DNA from: Nageia nagi
Lineage: Eukaryota; Plantae; Pinophyta
Reading direction: 5' to 3'
Assembly (NCBI GenBank): GCA_050084985.1
Contig: JBITNC010000001.1
Coordinates: 191,828,001 to 191,892,000 of the forward strand
DNA: 64,000 bases
In this document: one piece after another, positions 49,597 through 62,100 of the stretch
Numbering within the stretch: the stretch's first letter is position 1
Layout: each line of letters begins with the position of its first letter
The notes under the pieces: generated by a model
The model's database searches: none
What the model was told of the DNA's origin: nothing
What the model saw: only the letters and a program-made list of their open reading frames with translations
Position numbers and translations under genes: made by a program

Positions 49597-49967
49597 CATA
49601 GTTAGAAAAATCGGAATCGGATTAGAATTGTTTGGTTGCAAGATTCCGATTTTTGAAAAATCGGACAAAATCAGCAAAAAAAATAGGATAAAATCGGCAT
49701 GAGAAAAAATGAAAGAATTTCTTAAGTTTTAGCTAAATCTAAAAAAATCTCAAAAAATCAGCCAAAAAATCGGTATAAAATCATTGACCGATTCAATGCT
49801 GGTTTTTTTCGAAAAAATTGCAATTTTTTTTGTCTAATAAATCGGAATCAGAATCAGAAAAAATTGGATAAACACTTATTTGAAAAAAATCAGATCCGAT
49901 TCGAATCAAATTGTTTGCTTGGCCGATTCCAATTTTATCCGATTCCGATTCGATTTTTACAACTATG
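49597..49967. mobile_element. hAT-like MITE (371 bp, ATCGGA/TCCGAT-rich)
   Basis: TIR catagtt/aactatg; perfect 8-bp TSD tgcccaat. Confidence 0.9.
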
Positions 49968-50631
49968 TGCCCAATCACCTTTAATGTGAGGTATTTTTTA
50001 ACTCCATGGAGTGAAGCAATCATGCTCCAAGAGATGCCTCTGCCTTGGGTGCCTCATTCTGGTCCAACATGTCCTTACCAAGCTTCAGATCTAAATCATC
50101 CTCCTCACCGTCTGAAAGCACTTCAATGTAGTGCACATGTCCTTTGCCTTGGCAATGATGTTCAGGCTCCCATGTCTTTTTGTAGTAGAAGCATTTACCT
50201 TCTCTCAATTTCCTTTTGGTAGCTGCATCTAACTGGCTTGTTCGAGGAGGGGGAAAGGGTTTGAACTTGCTAGGCCCTTCTTTTTCTGTAACTGGTTTTT
50301 GGGTGGCCTGCCCCTTGTACGTCTACCCTCCCTTGAGGGAAATCATTGTTGGCTCCAAGTCATAAGTAGCCTTGATTGCGTCATTAAGGGGTTCTTGGCA
50401 CCGATACCTTCACCATTCCTTGCAAAGGTTCCATCAACCCTTCTACAAAGAGGAAGGTCAATCTCTCCTCGAAGATGTTGTGGATCATGATTGCGATTTT
50501 CTAAAATTCCGAAACATAATCATCCATCGGACCTTGTTGCCTTAAAGATGTTAACTCTCTGAAATAGTCATTCTCCCTCTTCCTGTCAAACTGCTTCACT
50601 ATCCTTCGAGCAAATTGATCGAAAGAAGAAA

Positions 50632-51329
50632 TGTGATGTTCTCATCGATGAGAATAGACTTGATTTGATATTGAAACCCTTCTCTTTGGAGTTACCAAAG
50701 ACTTGGTAGTGTAAAGCACCCTTGAGCGCAACACACAAGGAGAGTTCAAGAGGCGTAGAATACCTTCTATCTTACGGTTGAGGTGAGTGTTCGTGCTATG
50801 AGGCTACCCTACCTTGAGGAGTCCACAAGCGGTTTGCACCTTTGAACCCATTCGGTAGTATTCCGAAACTACATTCGATCTCTTCACCGGGAGCTAACCT
50901 GTGAGGGAGACCTTCAGTGTGGCATCCACAAATCTGGTAGAGTATGGTTGTTCTACAGTGGTTTCAGCAATAGTATCCATCCTTGCACAGCAATGTGCCC
51001 TAGTTTGCTCCTTGGAGGCCAATGTTGGGCCCCCTTGGGCTTGGTATTGTATCAATCTCATTATTTATCATTAATACAACCGTGACACATTGGATCTCCA
51101 CTATTTGTTTCATATTGATGTGCGTTTGACATGTTCATGCTTCCTTGTATGTAATGTTGAGCAATTTAAGTGTGAATGTGCTTGTGGAGTGAGTCGTTTG
51201 CATTTCTGGCATAGTTTGGTGAATGTTTGATGCCCTAGAACAGTTTGTGGCATGCTTGTGTGTTTAGTTTGACATTCATTTGATAATTGCTTGGCTAATT
51301 TCCACGTTGAGATATTTTGGGATTTTACA
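50632..51329 (+). mobile_element. Partial A/E-related LTR in opposite orientation to E
   Basis: tgtgatgttc...gggattttaca; 3' half resembles the reverse complement of 46788-47130; no matching TSD. Confidence 0.6.
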
Positions 51330-51530
51330 CAATCACTTACGTTTTTCCTATAACTCTCTTCTAATTTCTCTTTTAAATTAGAGAAAATTCCTACATCAAC
51401 TAGTGGGTTGTTAACAAACAAAGCATCCTCCCAAAAGTTAATAGAGGATCCCTCTCCTACCTTCCATTGCACTCCTTTCTAAAGGATCTCCCTTCACTCC
51501 ACCATATGATTCCATAAGGATCTTGATGGA
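51330..51530 (-). mobile_element. LINE (L1) ORF2 C-terminal fragment
   Basis: WKVGEGSSINFWED motif typical of plant L1 ORF2 downstream of RT. Confidence 0.65.
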
Positions 51531-52261
51531 ATATGATGTGGACAAAAAAATGTTTGTAGCTACCATCTAGCGTGACCGAATGGTTTATTACTCATCCTTC
51601 TGAAAATGTAACTATAACATTACTTGTACAAATATTTTGCAATTAGAAGATTGCTATGATTGTCATAAGAGAATATGTCAGTTTGTAATTGTTCTTTTGC
51701 ATGTAACAGTAGAAGAATTAGTAGTTTAGATTGTGTGAAACATTATATTAGTTACTCCAAGTACAAAACATTGGACACAAGTTTGGTGCGAAATTAATAT
51801 TGAAAATTGATATTTCAAGCTGCTGCATTTATTTTGTGTACAATCCATTTTTTCTATTATAACATCCGTCATTTTAGAGGCTATAACTTTTGTTGTACAT
51901 CTTCTTATGTCTCATTCTTTACGTCGTTGGAAGGGTTTTGAGCATTTTCCAATGATATTTCATTTGACTATTTCTGGGCAGTGTTTGTCCTTCGGTTTTG
52001 CTTCTACAAATAATATGGTGCACCTGTTTTGTAAGGTTTCGGCGCACCTATTTCAATGTATCCAGCGCACCTATCTCAAAGGTTTCGGCACATTTGTTTT
52101 GTGTGGTTCCAATGCATACTGCCTTATATCATTTGATGTCTATTTAGATTATATTCTTCATTTGGTATCAAATCTGAGTTTGTCATAGGTTAGAGTCAGA
52201 TTTTATGGTCCTACTAACAATTTATCAAGCAATCTTTTGAGGTTCATTGTTGTTTGTGTGT

Positions 52262-52700
52262 AATGACAAACAACACTAACCCCCTTCCAATCCCTGAGTT
52301 CAGTGGAGAGGACTATGACTTTTTAGAGTAAAAAACATGTAGATTTTGTTGAGGGGCAAAGTTCTATAAAACATTGTAGAGGATGGCTGCATTGAACTAG
52401 CTAAATTAGAGCACACTGCCAGCAACAAATAGACAAGGCAAGAAAGAAGTAAAAAAGAACTTCCTACCTTTTACCATATCAATCACCTTAGATAAAAGCT
52501 TATTCCCAAAAATAGCTGATTGTAAGACAACTAAAGATGCATGGAAGGCCTTGAAAGAGGGTTACAAAGGAAGTGACCAAGTCAAAGAGATCAAGTTACA
52601 AACTCTAAGGAGAGAGTTTGAGAATCTTAGAATCAAGAGACTGAGAATGTTGGTGACTATTGTGTGAGGTCAAGGCCATTCAGAATCTTAGAATGCAAGA
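52262..52700 (+). pseudogene. Ty1/copia gag fragment
   Basis: IPEFSGEDYDF ... FPKIADCKTTKDAWKALKEGYKGSDQVKEIKLQTLRREFENL (UBN2-type copia gag). Confidence 0.8.
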
Positions 52701-53285
52701 GGTCAGCTTTTTCTTTTAGGATCCTAGCCCATAGAGCTTGTCCTTCTTTCAACATTTTCAACCAATCTTAGTTGCCAAAGCTTGCTTAAAAGAGCCCAAT
52801 CTTCTGAGTCCTAGACCTCCTTGATTTTTATGATTGTTTTTTAATTTCCAAGTTGTGATGAGTTTTTAGCCAAGTTCAAGTTTTTTTTGGCCAAAGGCAT
52901 GCTGAATTTTTACTGAGTCCAAGTTTAGCTACTATAATAATATGAATAAAATTCTAGTATGTGGTGATTAGTTTGATAACATGCTAATAGTGGAATTCGG
53001 TTTTAGAATGATGAATTAAGTTGTGTACTATAGTGATGAAACAAACATCACATGAGAGAATGCTCAAATCCGTGGAACACTCACCTCACTAAGTGCTACA
53101 AGTGTTGTAATATATAATGAGATGGTTTGTTTGTGGCTATACTACTAGGAGATAGCTGCTTGGGCCATGTTCTTATAGGTGCAACTTTCATAGGCCTTCA
53201 ACAATTACTAGAAGCATGCAATTTCTATGTGTTAGAATTTGTAAATTTCCTTACAAGTTAAACTACAATTGTTGTTTTATATATA

Positions 53286-56200
53286 TGTAAGGTACCCTTT
53301 AAGGGCTGATTCCAATTTCTTAATTCCACATTCATTCATAGATTGGGGAATCAAAGTATATGCTCATTAACCATCTAAACATGCACTCAAAACGGAAATA
53401 TAATAGCATAGCCAAATCTGATATAAAGCTCATATAACATGCGAATATGACCAAACTAGGGCAAACTTCAGATTTGTAACAACAAAAATATATCTCCAAA
53501 ATACTCTAATCCTCATACATTCCCATGCGCAATGAAGATATATAGTATAGCAGAAATATAGGAACATTCATTCAAATCCGAGATGCAATATGAAGCTAAA
53601 ATCATGAATAATCAACCAAGAATAAAATATAGGGCTGTAACAAGTTCTAGGGCAAATCTCAAGACTTCGAATATAATCAACCAAGGCTCCTAAAGGCTGT
53701 GCAAGACCCAAGAAGACTCCCAAGCTTGGCACAAGTCCCAAGATGACTCCCAATGTTTTGCACAAGCTTCCAAGTGGCAAGGAGGGTAGGCACAAGTCTC
53801 TAAAATGGCTTCTCAAGGTTGGCATAAGCTCTCCAAGTGTGTATGAATTTAGTTAGGCCACATCTAGGCTAGGGAGCAGCCCTAGTCCTTATAAGGTAGA
53901 GAAAGGAATCACCCCTAAACTCTGAATGATCCACGATCGAATGCACAAGATGATGTCTTCAAGTGAGCAAATGACTTGCCTTTATAGGTTCTCAAACTTG
54001 CAAAATAAGTCCCCCAAAGGCAACTGACTAGGAGGGGATAATTATAAAATATTAAGTAGCCCAAAACCTCCTAGACGTAGCTGACTAGGCACGGGTAATA
54101 CATCCATTAAATGACCCCTTTTATTGTCTCAAATAAATACATAATTCGCCCACTTTGAGTGCTTGCCTTTTAGGCACAAATATAAATATGATAAATACAT
54201 AATTTTTAGAAATAAAGTACTCCTAATTTAAGTACTAGAGATCACAATGAATAGGCAGAGGGATGGCATCTAGATGTCCCAATTTGGGAAAATTATGAGT
54301 CCTCCTCAAATTGCTTGCTGAAGCAATTCCAAATGCATCCCAAAGTGATGCTTGTCTTTATGCTTTTTCTTCAAATGTACCAACAATTTGTCCAAACAAT
54401 CTTTGAAGCAGTCCATTGATAATGTCAAGATGGTGCAAACATGGAGGCGGCTGTTCCAAGGTGTAGAAGCAAAACCTATTGTTGATGATGCATACTTAGC
54501 CAACCCAAGACTTTTTGCCTTGCTTCCAAGTGGATTCCAATGCTTTTGCTGTTCCAAAAATGTGAAAAAATCACAGCTGATAAGATGCTGACCTGATTTG
54601 TTTTATATGCAAGAATGTTGTTCAAATGCTTGCCAAGTGTTATTCCTTTTATAGGATCTAGTTGTCATATTCCTTTAGTCAATGGTACTGAATTTGGTAG
54701 GGCTGTTCTAACCAAAATGATGTGCATTTGAATCCACAAACTCTCTACTTCTGAACGCATCAATCTTCAAACCAATCTCCCGAACTGAACTGTACTTGTT
54801 TGTGTCAAAGTGATATAGAAATGATTGTAAGTTTATACCTTGTTTGGCAACACAAGATTCATACATGCTGTTGTATGAAGATCATTAAATGAGTTCTTTT
54901 TTGCTGCTGTTGTCTTTGGTTGAAGTGGCAAGGGTGGAGTTTTCCCCCTTAATTATGTCATGAACTTTCCTTGAAGGCATTATAACCCTGCTGTCCAAAA
55001 TCTAAGTATGTGTAGGTACCAAATGTGTCCTCTTCTCATCATGTAGTGCACTCTTTCATAGGCAGCAACATGGCTGAGTTTGTTCTTAATATTTTACTCT
55101 CCATCTTTCCCTAAACTGTCATAAAAATCAGAATTTGTATCTTGGCTGCCCCTTGCTATTGTAATGAGTTTTTGGTACTCTTTTCCATTGTAATCATTGC
55201 TACAACTCTTGAAAGTATTGCTGTCCTTGTTGGTTGTTGTTTTGAGCAATCCATTGGCCATAAACTTCATCTTTATGCACTCAAAATTGAACCCATACCA
55301 AGGTGATGAAGATATGCTCCATAAATGGTCACTAAATCTAAGTACATTGTTCTTCAATGTGGCATGAAGATTTGGACTGTTTTTTTTATCAAAGCCTGCC
55401 CATAAACTTTGTCAAAACTGAGATCACTGCTGTCTAAACCAATTGTGTTGCTTTCCCATGAAGGTAGATGTTGGGACTAATTTTTGCTATCAAAGGCTAC
55501 CTTAGAATGTTGCAAAAACTGGGACACTGCTGTTCTAACTGTTATAACTTCTTGAAGAGGTGTTATGGCAGATAGCAGTAATCTCTAAACTGTTGACTGC
55601 TGTCCAAGGATGTCTGGCATGGATTTCTTTGAAAGTGATATTCTCCCCTTGCTGAAAGAAACTCATTTCTAACTTCCAGTAATTGAAAGTGACATCTCCC
55701 AATTGGTACAACCATTGGACTCCTAATATGATGTAAGGAAATCCACCTATGGGATAAATATAGAAATCGGCTACAATGGTGTAGTTTCCCAATGGTGAAT
55801 CTAAGATCTTTGACCATCCATTTGCACCTAGTTTGGTATCCCCTAGCATTGGTGAAATTCAAATTCTTGGGTTTCAATTCTTTCCAAGTTTGCTCTAAGG
55901 CAAATGCATCATTAATAAAACTATTGGTGGCTCCATTGTCTACTAGGGTAATGATGATTCTCCCATAAGGTGCTCTTCTAGTTTGAGAGTGTGTATTTGA
56001 GGGTTTACTCAAGGGTTTAATGAGTTCTCTAAGAACCATTTTGACTCTTTTTGTAGGTAAGTGAGGGGTGTCTCTTGTGGCTAATCTTTTCCCATATATG
56101 TGAGGCCTAGTAGTCATCCTAGGCTTCCTAGAAAATTCTTGGTAGGGTTTTATCATTTCTAGACAAGGTGGAGAACTAATTTTATCTTCAAGAATTGAAG

Positions 56201-59144
56201 AATTTGAAGAGGAGCTAAAAGTAAATGGAGTCACATGTGTACCTTCTTCTTGGATGCCCCTTGGTGTTGAAGTCCACCTTTGTTCCAATGGCCTCCTTTA
56301 ATCCTCTTGTGGTCCATGCTTGAGGCGGTCTCTTCTTTGGCACTTGATGTGGTTGCCTCCTATCTCTTAATGGAAGCATTTTGGTTCTTATTCTCCTTGA
56401 TTCCTTGAAGTGTGATTTCACAACCTTCACCTTGAATTTGAATTGTAAAGTTGAGTGGTTGGTGGTGTATCTTACAAGGATACCAACCATTGTACCCCTA
56501 AGACAACTTGAGGTAAATCACCTAAGGGGAAGATGAAGAAGTCATCTTCAATAGTGTAGTTTTTCAAACTAACCTTCATCTTAGGCACATACTGCTTGCA
56601 AGCCATAATTCCCATTTCCAACTATCACATCAAAACTCAGAAATGGTTCAATCTTCATCTTTTTTGAGGTGGCTAGCTTTTCATTAACAAAGTTATGGGT
56701 AGCACTTCCATCGATCAAATGTAAAACCTTCTCTCCCAAAACTTCTTCTGGAATTTTGAAGTGAAGTTTTGTTCATCCCACTCAAATACTAGTGTTCCTC
56801 CTTTTGATGCCATAGGTGTAATAGACTTAGATTGGGTATTTGGATGTTCATGGTTCTACATGATGGCTCATCCCATTATATTTCATCTGTCCTCATCATC
56901 GAATAACTCTTCTTCTGAAAATACCTCAACATAATTTATGGCTCCCTCATAGTTGAAAATCGAATCAGAATCGGATAAAAATTGGAATCGGCCAAGCCAA
57001 AGATCAGATTCGAATCGGATCCGATTTTTTTTCAAATAAGTGCTTATCTGATTTTTTCCGATTCTAATTCCGATTTTTTAGACAAAAAAATCATGATTTT
57101 TTCGGAAAAAAATCGGCATTGAATTGGCCATCGTTTTTTTTGCCAAATTTTTTGAGATTTAGCTAAAACGAAGAAATTCCCTTCATTTTTTCCCTCATGC
57201 CAATTTTATCCGATTTTGTCTGATTTTTCAAAAAATCGAAATCTTGCAACCAAACAAATTTTAATCCGATTTTGATTTTTTCTAACTATGGGCCCCTTCC
57301 CCAGGACAACGATGCCCGGAGTCCAAGTTTTTTGCAACTAAAGCATAAGATTTTTCCCTTTTCCAACACATTTCTTTCTCCTTGGTTCTTCTTGTATATG
57401 TATGGGAGGAGCAAACGTGGTCTACCCATTTGATGAATCTTTTCTTGGTGGTGATGCATCCTTCTTGAATGGTGCCCCCCATGCTGGGTCAAGGGTTTAG
57501 GGTGTCACCTTTGCTTGGTCCTTGGAAGATTAGAATCTTCAAGAGAAAAAACCCCTCTTAAATTACATCTTATAGAGTAGGTGGACAAAGGCTTTGACCA
57601 AGCCCTTCAATGTTTTCTTAAGTCTCCCATAAAGAGGAAAGCTATCCCTTATCTAACACATCTGAAACCAATCGAAATTCTTCAACCAAATTTGCCCAGG
57701 GTTGGAGTTTTGTTGAAATAGGCCCCATCTCTCTAAAGTATTCTTTGCTCATCCTTTCTCTCAAACCCTGTGAAGAATCCTTTTTACAAAATTCTTTCAA
57801 AGTCCACAATTGTCATGACCCAATGTGGTGAAGCCATTGTGCCACCACTCAAAAGTTATCCCCTAGGTGAAGGGGGGGAAAATCTGATTGCATCCGCCCT
57901 CTCTAAATATGCATGCCCTAGATGGGATTCTTGACCCTCTTGCGCTTGTGGAGTTGGTGTAAGTGCATCCAACTTTTAACAATTTGAGATAGCAAGTCTA
58001 CCAGATTGTAAATTGTTGTGTCGAATCTATCTCCTTTGCTTTATCCTTTTTTTGATTCACTTTCCACTCTCAATTTCCAAGGAAAATCTTTTCCTTCTTT
58101 GTGTATTGATGCTTTAGCATGAAGAAGTCCTCACAGGCTAACAAACTTTGAGCTCTAATACCAACTGTACTGGTACCCTTCTAAGGTTTCTCCAATTTCT
58201 TACGAAATTCCACATTCATTCATAAAATAGGTATCAAAGTATATGCTCAAAAACCATCCAAACATGCCTCAAAACAGAAATAAACAACAATAACCAAATC
58301 TAAATATAAACCTAAAAATAACATGTGAATAGACCAAACGGGGCACATCTTCAGTTTGTAACATAAACAAAAATATAGCTCCAAAATACCTAATCCGCAT
58401 ACATCCCATGCACAATGAAGATATTAGTATAGCAAAATAATGGGAACATTCAATTCACATTCGAGATGCAATAGGAGCCAAAATCATAATGATCAACCAA
58501 GAATAATATAGGGCTGTAATAACCTAACAATTTTAGGGCAAAGCCCAAGACTTCGAATATGCTCAATCAAGGCTCCTAAAGGTTGGTGCAAAAACCCAAG
58601 ACGTCTCCCAAGCTTGGCGCAAGTCCCAAGATGACTCCCAAGATGGGTGCAAGCTTCCAAGTGGCAAGAAAGGTAGCACAAGTCTCTAGAATGACCCCTC
58701 AAGGTCGTGCAAGCTCTTCAAGTGTATGAATGTAGTAGCGAGGTAGAAGAAGGGAAGCTCCCTAAACTCCAATTTATCCAAGATTAAAAGCACAAGATGA
58801 CGTCTTTCAAATGAGCTAATGACTTGCCTTTATGGTGCTCAAACTTGCAAAAGAAGGCCCCTCCAAAGGCATTCGACAAGGAGGGGGTAATTATAAAAAT
58901 AATAAGTGGCCCTATAACCTCATAATATAGCCGACTAGGTGCAAGGGGTAATACATCATTAAATGGCCCCTCTTTATTATCTAAATAAATACATAATTCG
59001 CCCATTTAGATTTGCCCTTTTTTGGCACAAATATAAATATGCTAAATATATAATTTGACAAATAAGGTACTCCTAGTTTAAGTACTAAAGTCACAATGAA
59101 TTGGATGAGGGGTGTCGCTAATGTCCCAATTTGGGGACATTACA
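53286..59144 (-). mobile_element. Element G: two-LTR Gag-AP-AP non-autonomous element
   Basis: LTRs 58166-59144 (5') and 53286-54297 (3'); PBS 58151-58163; PPT ~54298-54310; decayed gag, knuckle CFSCKK..GHRC, AP1 LIDGSATHNFV (~56710), AP2 LVDNGATNSFI (~55935); TSD unclear (atata/ctatc). Confidence 0.87.
56948..57290. mobile_element. Second copy of the hAT-like MITE (343 bp), inverted relative to 49597-49967
   Basis: TIR catagtt/aactatg; degenerate 8-bp TSD ggctccct/ggcccctt; reverse-complement similarity to the first copy. Confidence 0.85.
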
Positions 59145-59149
59145 CTATC

Positions 59150-62100
59150 TATTGTTTTATGATAGATCAAAATAAATTTGGACCTTTGTATAATCTGTTT
59201 TATTGAAAAAATTTTAAAGAGTTTTTTAGAAATTAAGGACAAATTTTTGTTATCTTCCTTTTTTTTTTTTATTTTTTTTTTTTAAGGGAAAAATTTTGGT
59301 AATTTACCCATAGGCTTTTGCAAAAAGCAAAAAAACCAAAAAAATTATGATTCTTTACAAATTAGGGGAAAAATTTTAAAAATAACAACAACAAACAGCC
59401 TCAAATAAAAATTTAAAAACATAACAATTTTTTAATATCATAAAAAAAACTCATAAAACTGGGCAAAAATGCAATTTGTAATAAAAAAAAATAGTTTACC
59501 CCCAAAAATCTTAAAAAAATTTAGTGAATTCAATTAAAAAGCAAACGGGCATCCCCAATATTAACCCCCAAAACCCCAAACCAACTTGGACCCCAAACAA
59601 ATTCCCCCCCTAAAAAAAGGCAATTTTGGGTTTCCCCCAAACACATATACCTACAAATCCAACAAGGCCAAAATTTCAAAAAATTCACAATAATACTAGC
59701 TAACGCATGCACAAATGGGAAAAAAACAACAAAGTTTTAAACCATCCCACGACTTATTTAAAAGGGCCAATGGTACAAACAAAATCAACCCCAAAAGGCT
59801 ACTTCAGCCTCCTGGGGGCTAACTGGGGGGCCAAAAATCTCGTGATATTTGGACAAAAAATGGACAAAGCACTCCCCACCATAAAGGGGGGCCCCCTTCA
59901 GATATGGAAACCACCGAGGGGTAGAGACCCCAAAAACCCTTTGAAAAACCATCAAAAGGCAAAGGTGCTCCACCAATGCGGATTCCAAACCCTTAGCCTG
60001 ACAATCCCCTTTAGGTGCTCACCAAGGAATAAACCCCCGGGGCCCTTTGCTAAGGTTGTTCCCCTTTGGGGTGTAGAAGGAAAAAAGGGAAAGAAAAATT
60101 TTTCAAAAAAATGAGCCTCAATCTTTTTTAACTTTTATTGGGTCCGGATCTCCCTGGGAACATCAAAAAGGCCAAAGGGCCCAATTTTAGCCCCAAAAGG
60201 GCCAGGTCCCAACGGGGGGTGCTTGGTTCAGGCCCCAAACTGGGTTCCGGGGCCCATAATGCTGGGCCAGGGCAAAAAGGGCCATGCACCCCGGGGTTTG
60301 GGGGGTCAGGGGGAAGCCTAGGTCTAGGAGGCCAAACCCCGGGGGCGGGGACCCCCCAAAGGGTTTGGGCGAAACCAAAAAACCCAACAACAAATTTAAT
60401 GTATACAAATTTTGGTTTCCAAAAACAAGTCCGAGATCCAATAATTAATTTTTCCTATTCTACATTGGGTTTTAATTCCTTCCCAATTTATCAAAAAAAA
60501 CTACAAAAAGGATTTTTAAAAATGACCTTTTGGCTTTACAATTTTTTTATAGAAAAAAGGGATTTTTAAATCCTTAAAATACTGATTTTCGTTATCCTTA
60601 GCACAACAAATATAAAGAAACAAAATAAAAAACATTAATTCAAAACGAAGAGAAATTAAGACCCAATAAAAAAAAAACCCAAAGAATAAAAAAAAGGGGT
60701 TTTAACAAGTTCTGGGGGAAACCCCAAAATTTAAAAAGCTCACCAAACCCAAAGGGGGGGCGAAACCCCCAAGATGGCCCCGACCCTACAAAAAGGGCAA
60801 AGGGTTTTCCAAGGGTTGGCGCAAGCCCCAAAATAAAGAAATTGCAATCCCCCTTTTCAGCTTGGGAGCACCCTAGCCCTTAAAAGGAAGGGAGGGAACA
60901 CCCCCCCCTAGATACCTTTTTCAAATCCAAAAAATTTTTGGATCCACAAGGGAAAATTTTCCTTTTTTTATAGGTGCTTTTCCCTTGAAATTCCCCCATA
61001 TTAAACCCCGGCTGATTTTTAATAAACCTTTCCCCTCCGACTTTCCCCTGGCCGCGATTTAGAATCCTTTTTTCGGATCCATACTTTGCATTTTTAAAGG
61101 GAACCATGCATGGACTTGTCAAAGATTGACAAAAGATTTTCCCCCTTCCAAAAAAGACAAATTGGGAAAAAGTTTGGAGGAATTAGTTTAAAAGGGTTTC
61201 CAAATTGGAGACTTAACTTTAATTTTTTTGTGGTATGTTTTTTTTTCCAAATAAAATACCCTAAGAAAATTTTCTTATTAATTTTGTTTAAAATTTGGAA
61301 CAAAGTTGGTCAAATGATAAAACCCGGGGTTGAAAAGGTTTTTATATTTAATGGATTAAATAACAGTCACTCCTTATTTTTTTTTCGGGTTTTGCGTGTT
61401 TGGGGAAAAATTCGCCCTTTTTTTAGTTTGATAAATTTACGTTCCAATTTTATACTTTTTTATTAATAATAAAATTTAAGTAACAACGGCCAAGGGAAAA
61501 ACCCCAAAAGGAAAATTAAAAAATTGGTTTGTTTTACACAAGTTTAATCTTCCACAAAAAAAAAAATTAAGGAATTGATTTTTATCACAAAAAAAATTAG
61601 AATTTAAAAACCCCATGCCCTTTTTTCCCTTTTTTTATTTATTGTTTCTGTTTAAAGGGAATTTTCCCCCCGCAGCGATGGATAGATACTTGCTTTTAAA
61701 AATTAAAAAAAGCTTGTTAAATGGAAAACCAGAGTAAAAATTTGATTATCAATATGGGAAAAATTCCAACCGGGACTCAAACAATAAATATTTTGGAAAT
61801 TTTTGACCAAAAATTATATTTCCTTGGCTTTTTTTAAAAAAAGTAATGGTTCCCTAATTTTTCCATCATAAAATTTGAAAACATTTTGGTAGAGGGTTGA
61901 CAGTTGACCTTGTAAACCCCAAACGGGAAAACTTCTTACCCCTGTCCTAAATCCTTGCTTTAAAAAATGATTTTTGGGGCCCAAAACCTTGGTTAAAATA
62001 ATATTGTATTTGGTTTTTACTGCCATTGAAAGGGGGTCCGGGGGTTTCATTGCCCAATATTTTTTCAAAAAAAAGGGTATCCCCCCTTTGCATGTTATTT

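Larger units (their letters stand above)
46788..50631 (-). mobile_element. Element E: 5'-truncated Gag-AP element related to A
   Basis: 3' LTR 46788-47962 (TGTAACACCC...GGGGATTTTACA on minus); PPT from 47963; gag SSFDQFARRIVKQFDRK, knuckle GKCFYYKKTWEPEHHC, protease VLIDPRASHNFID. Confidence 0.85.

Noticed and set aside
52730-52936. Possible second MITE type (catag...ctactata)
   Set aside because: TIR and TSD could not be established
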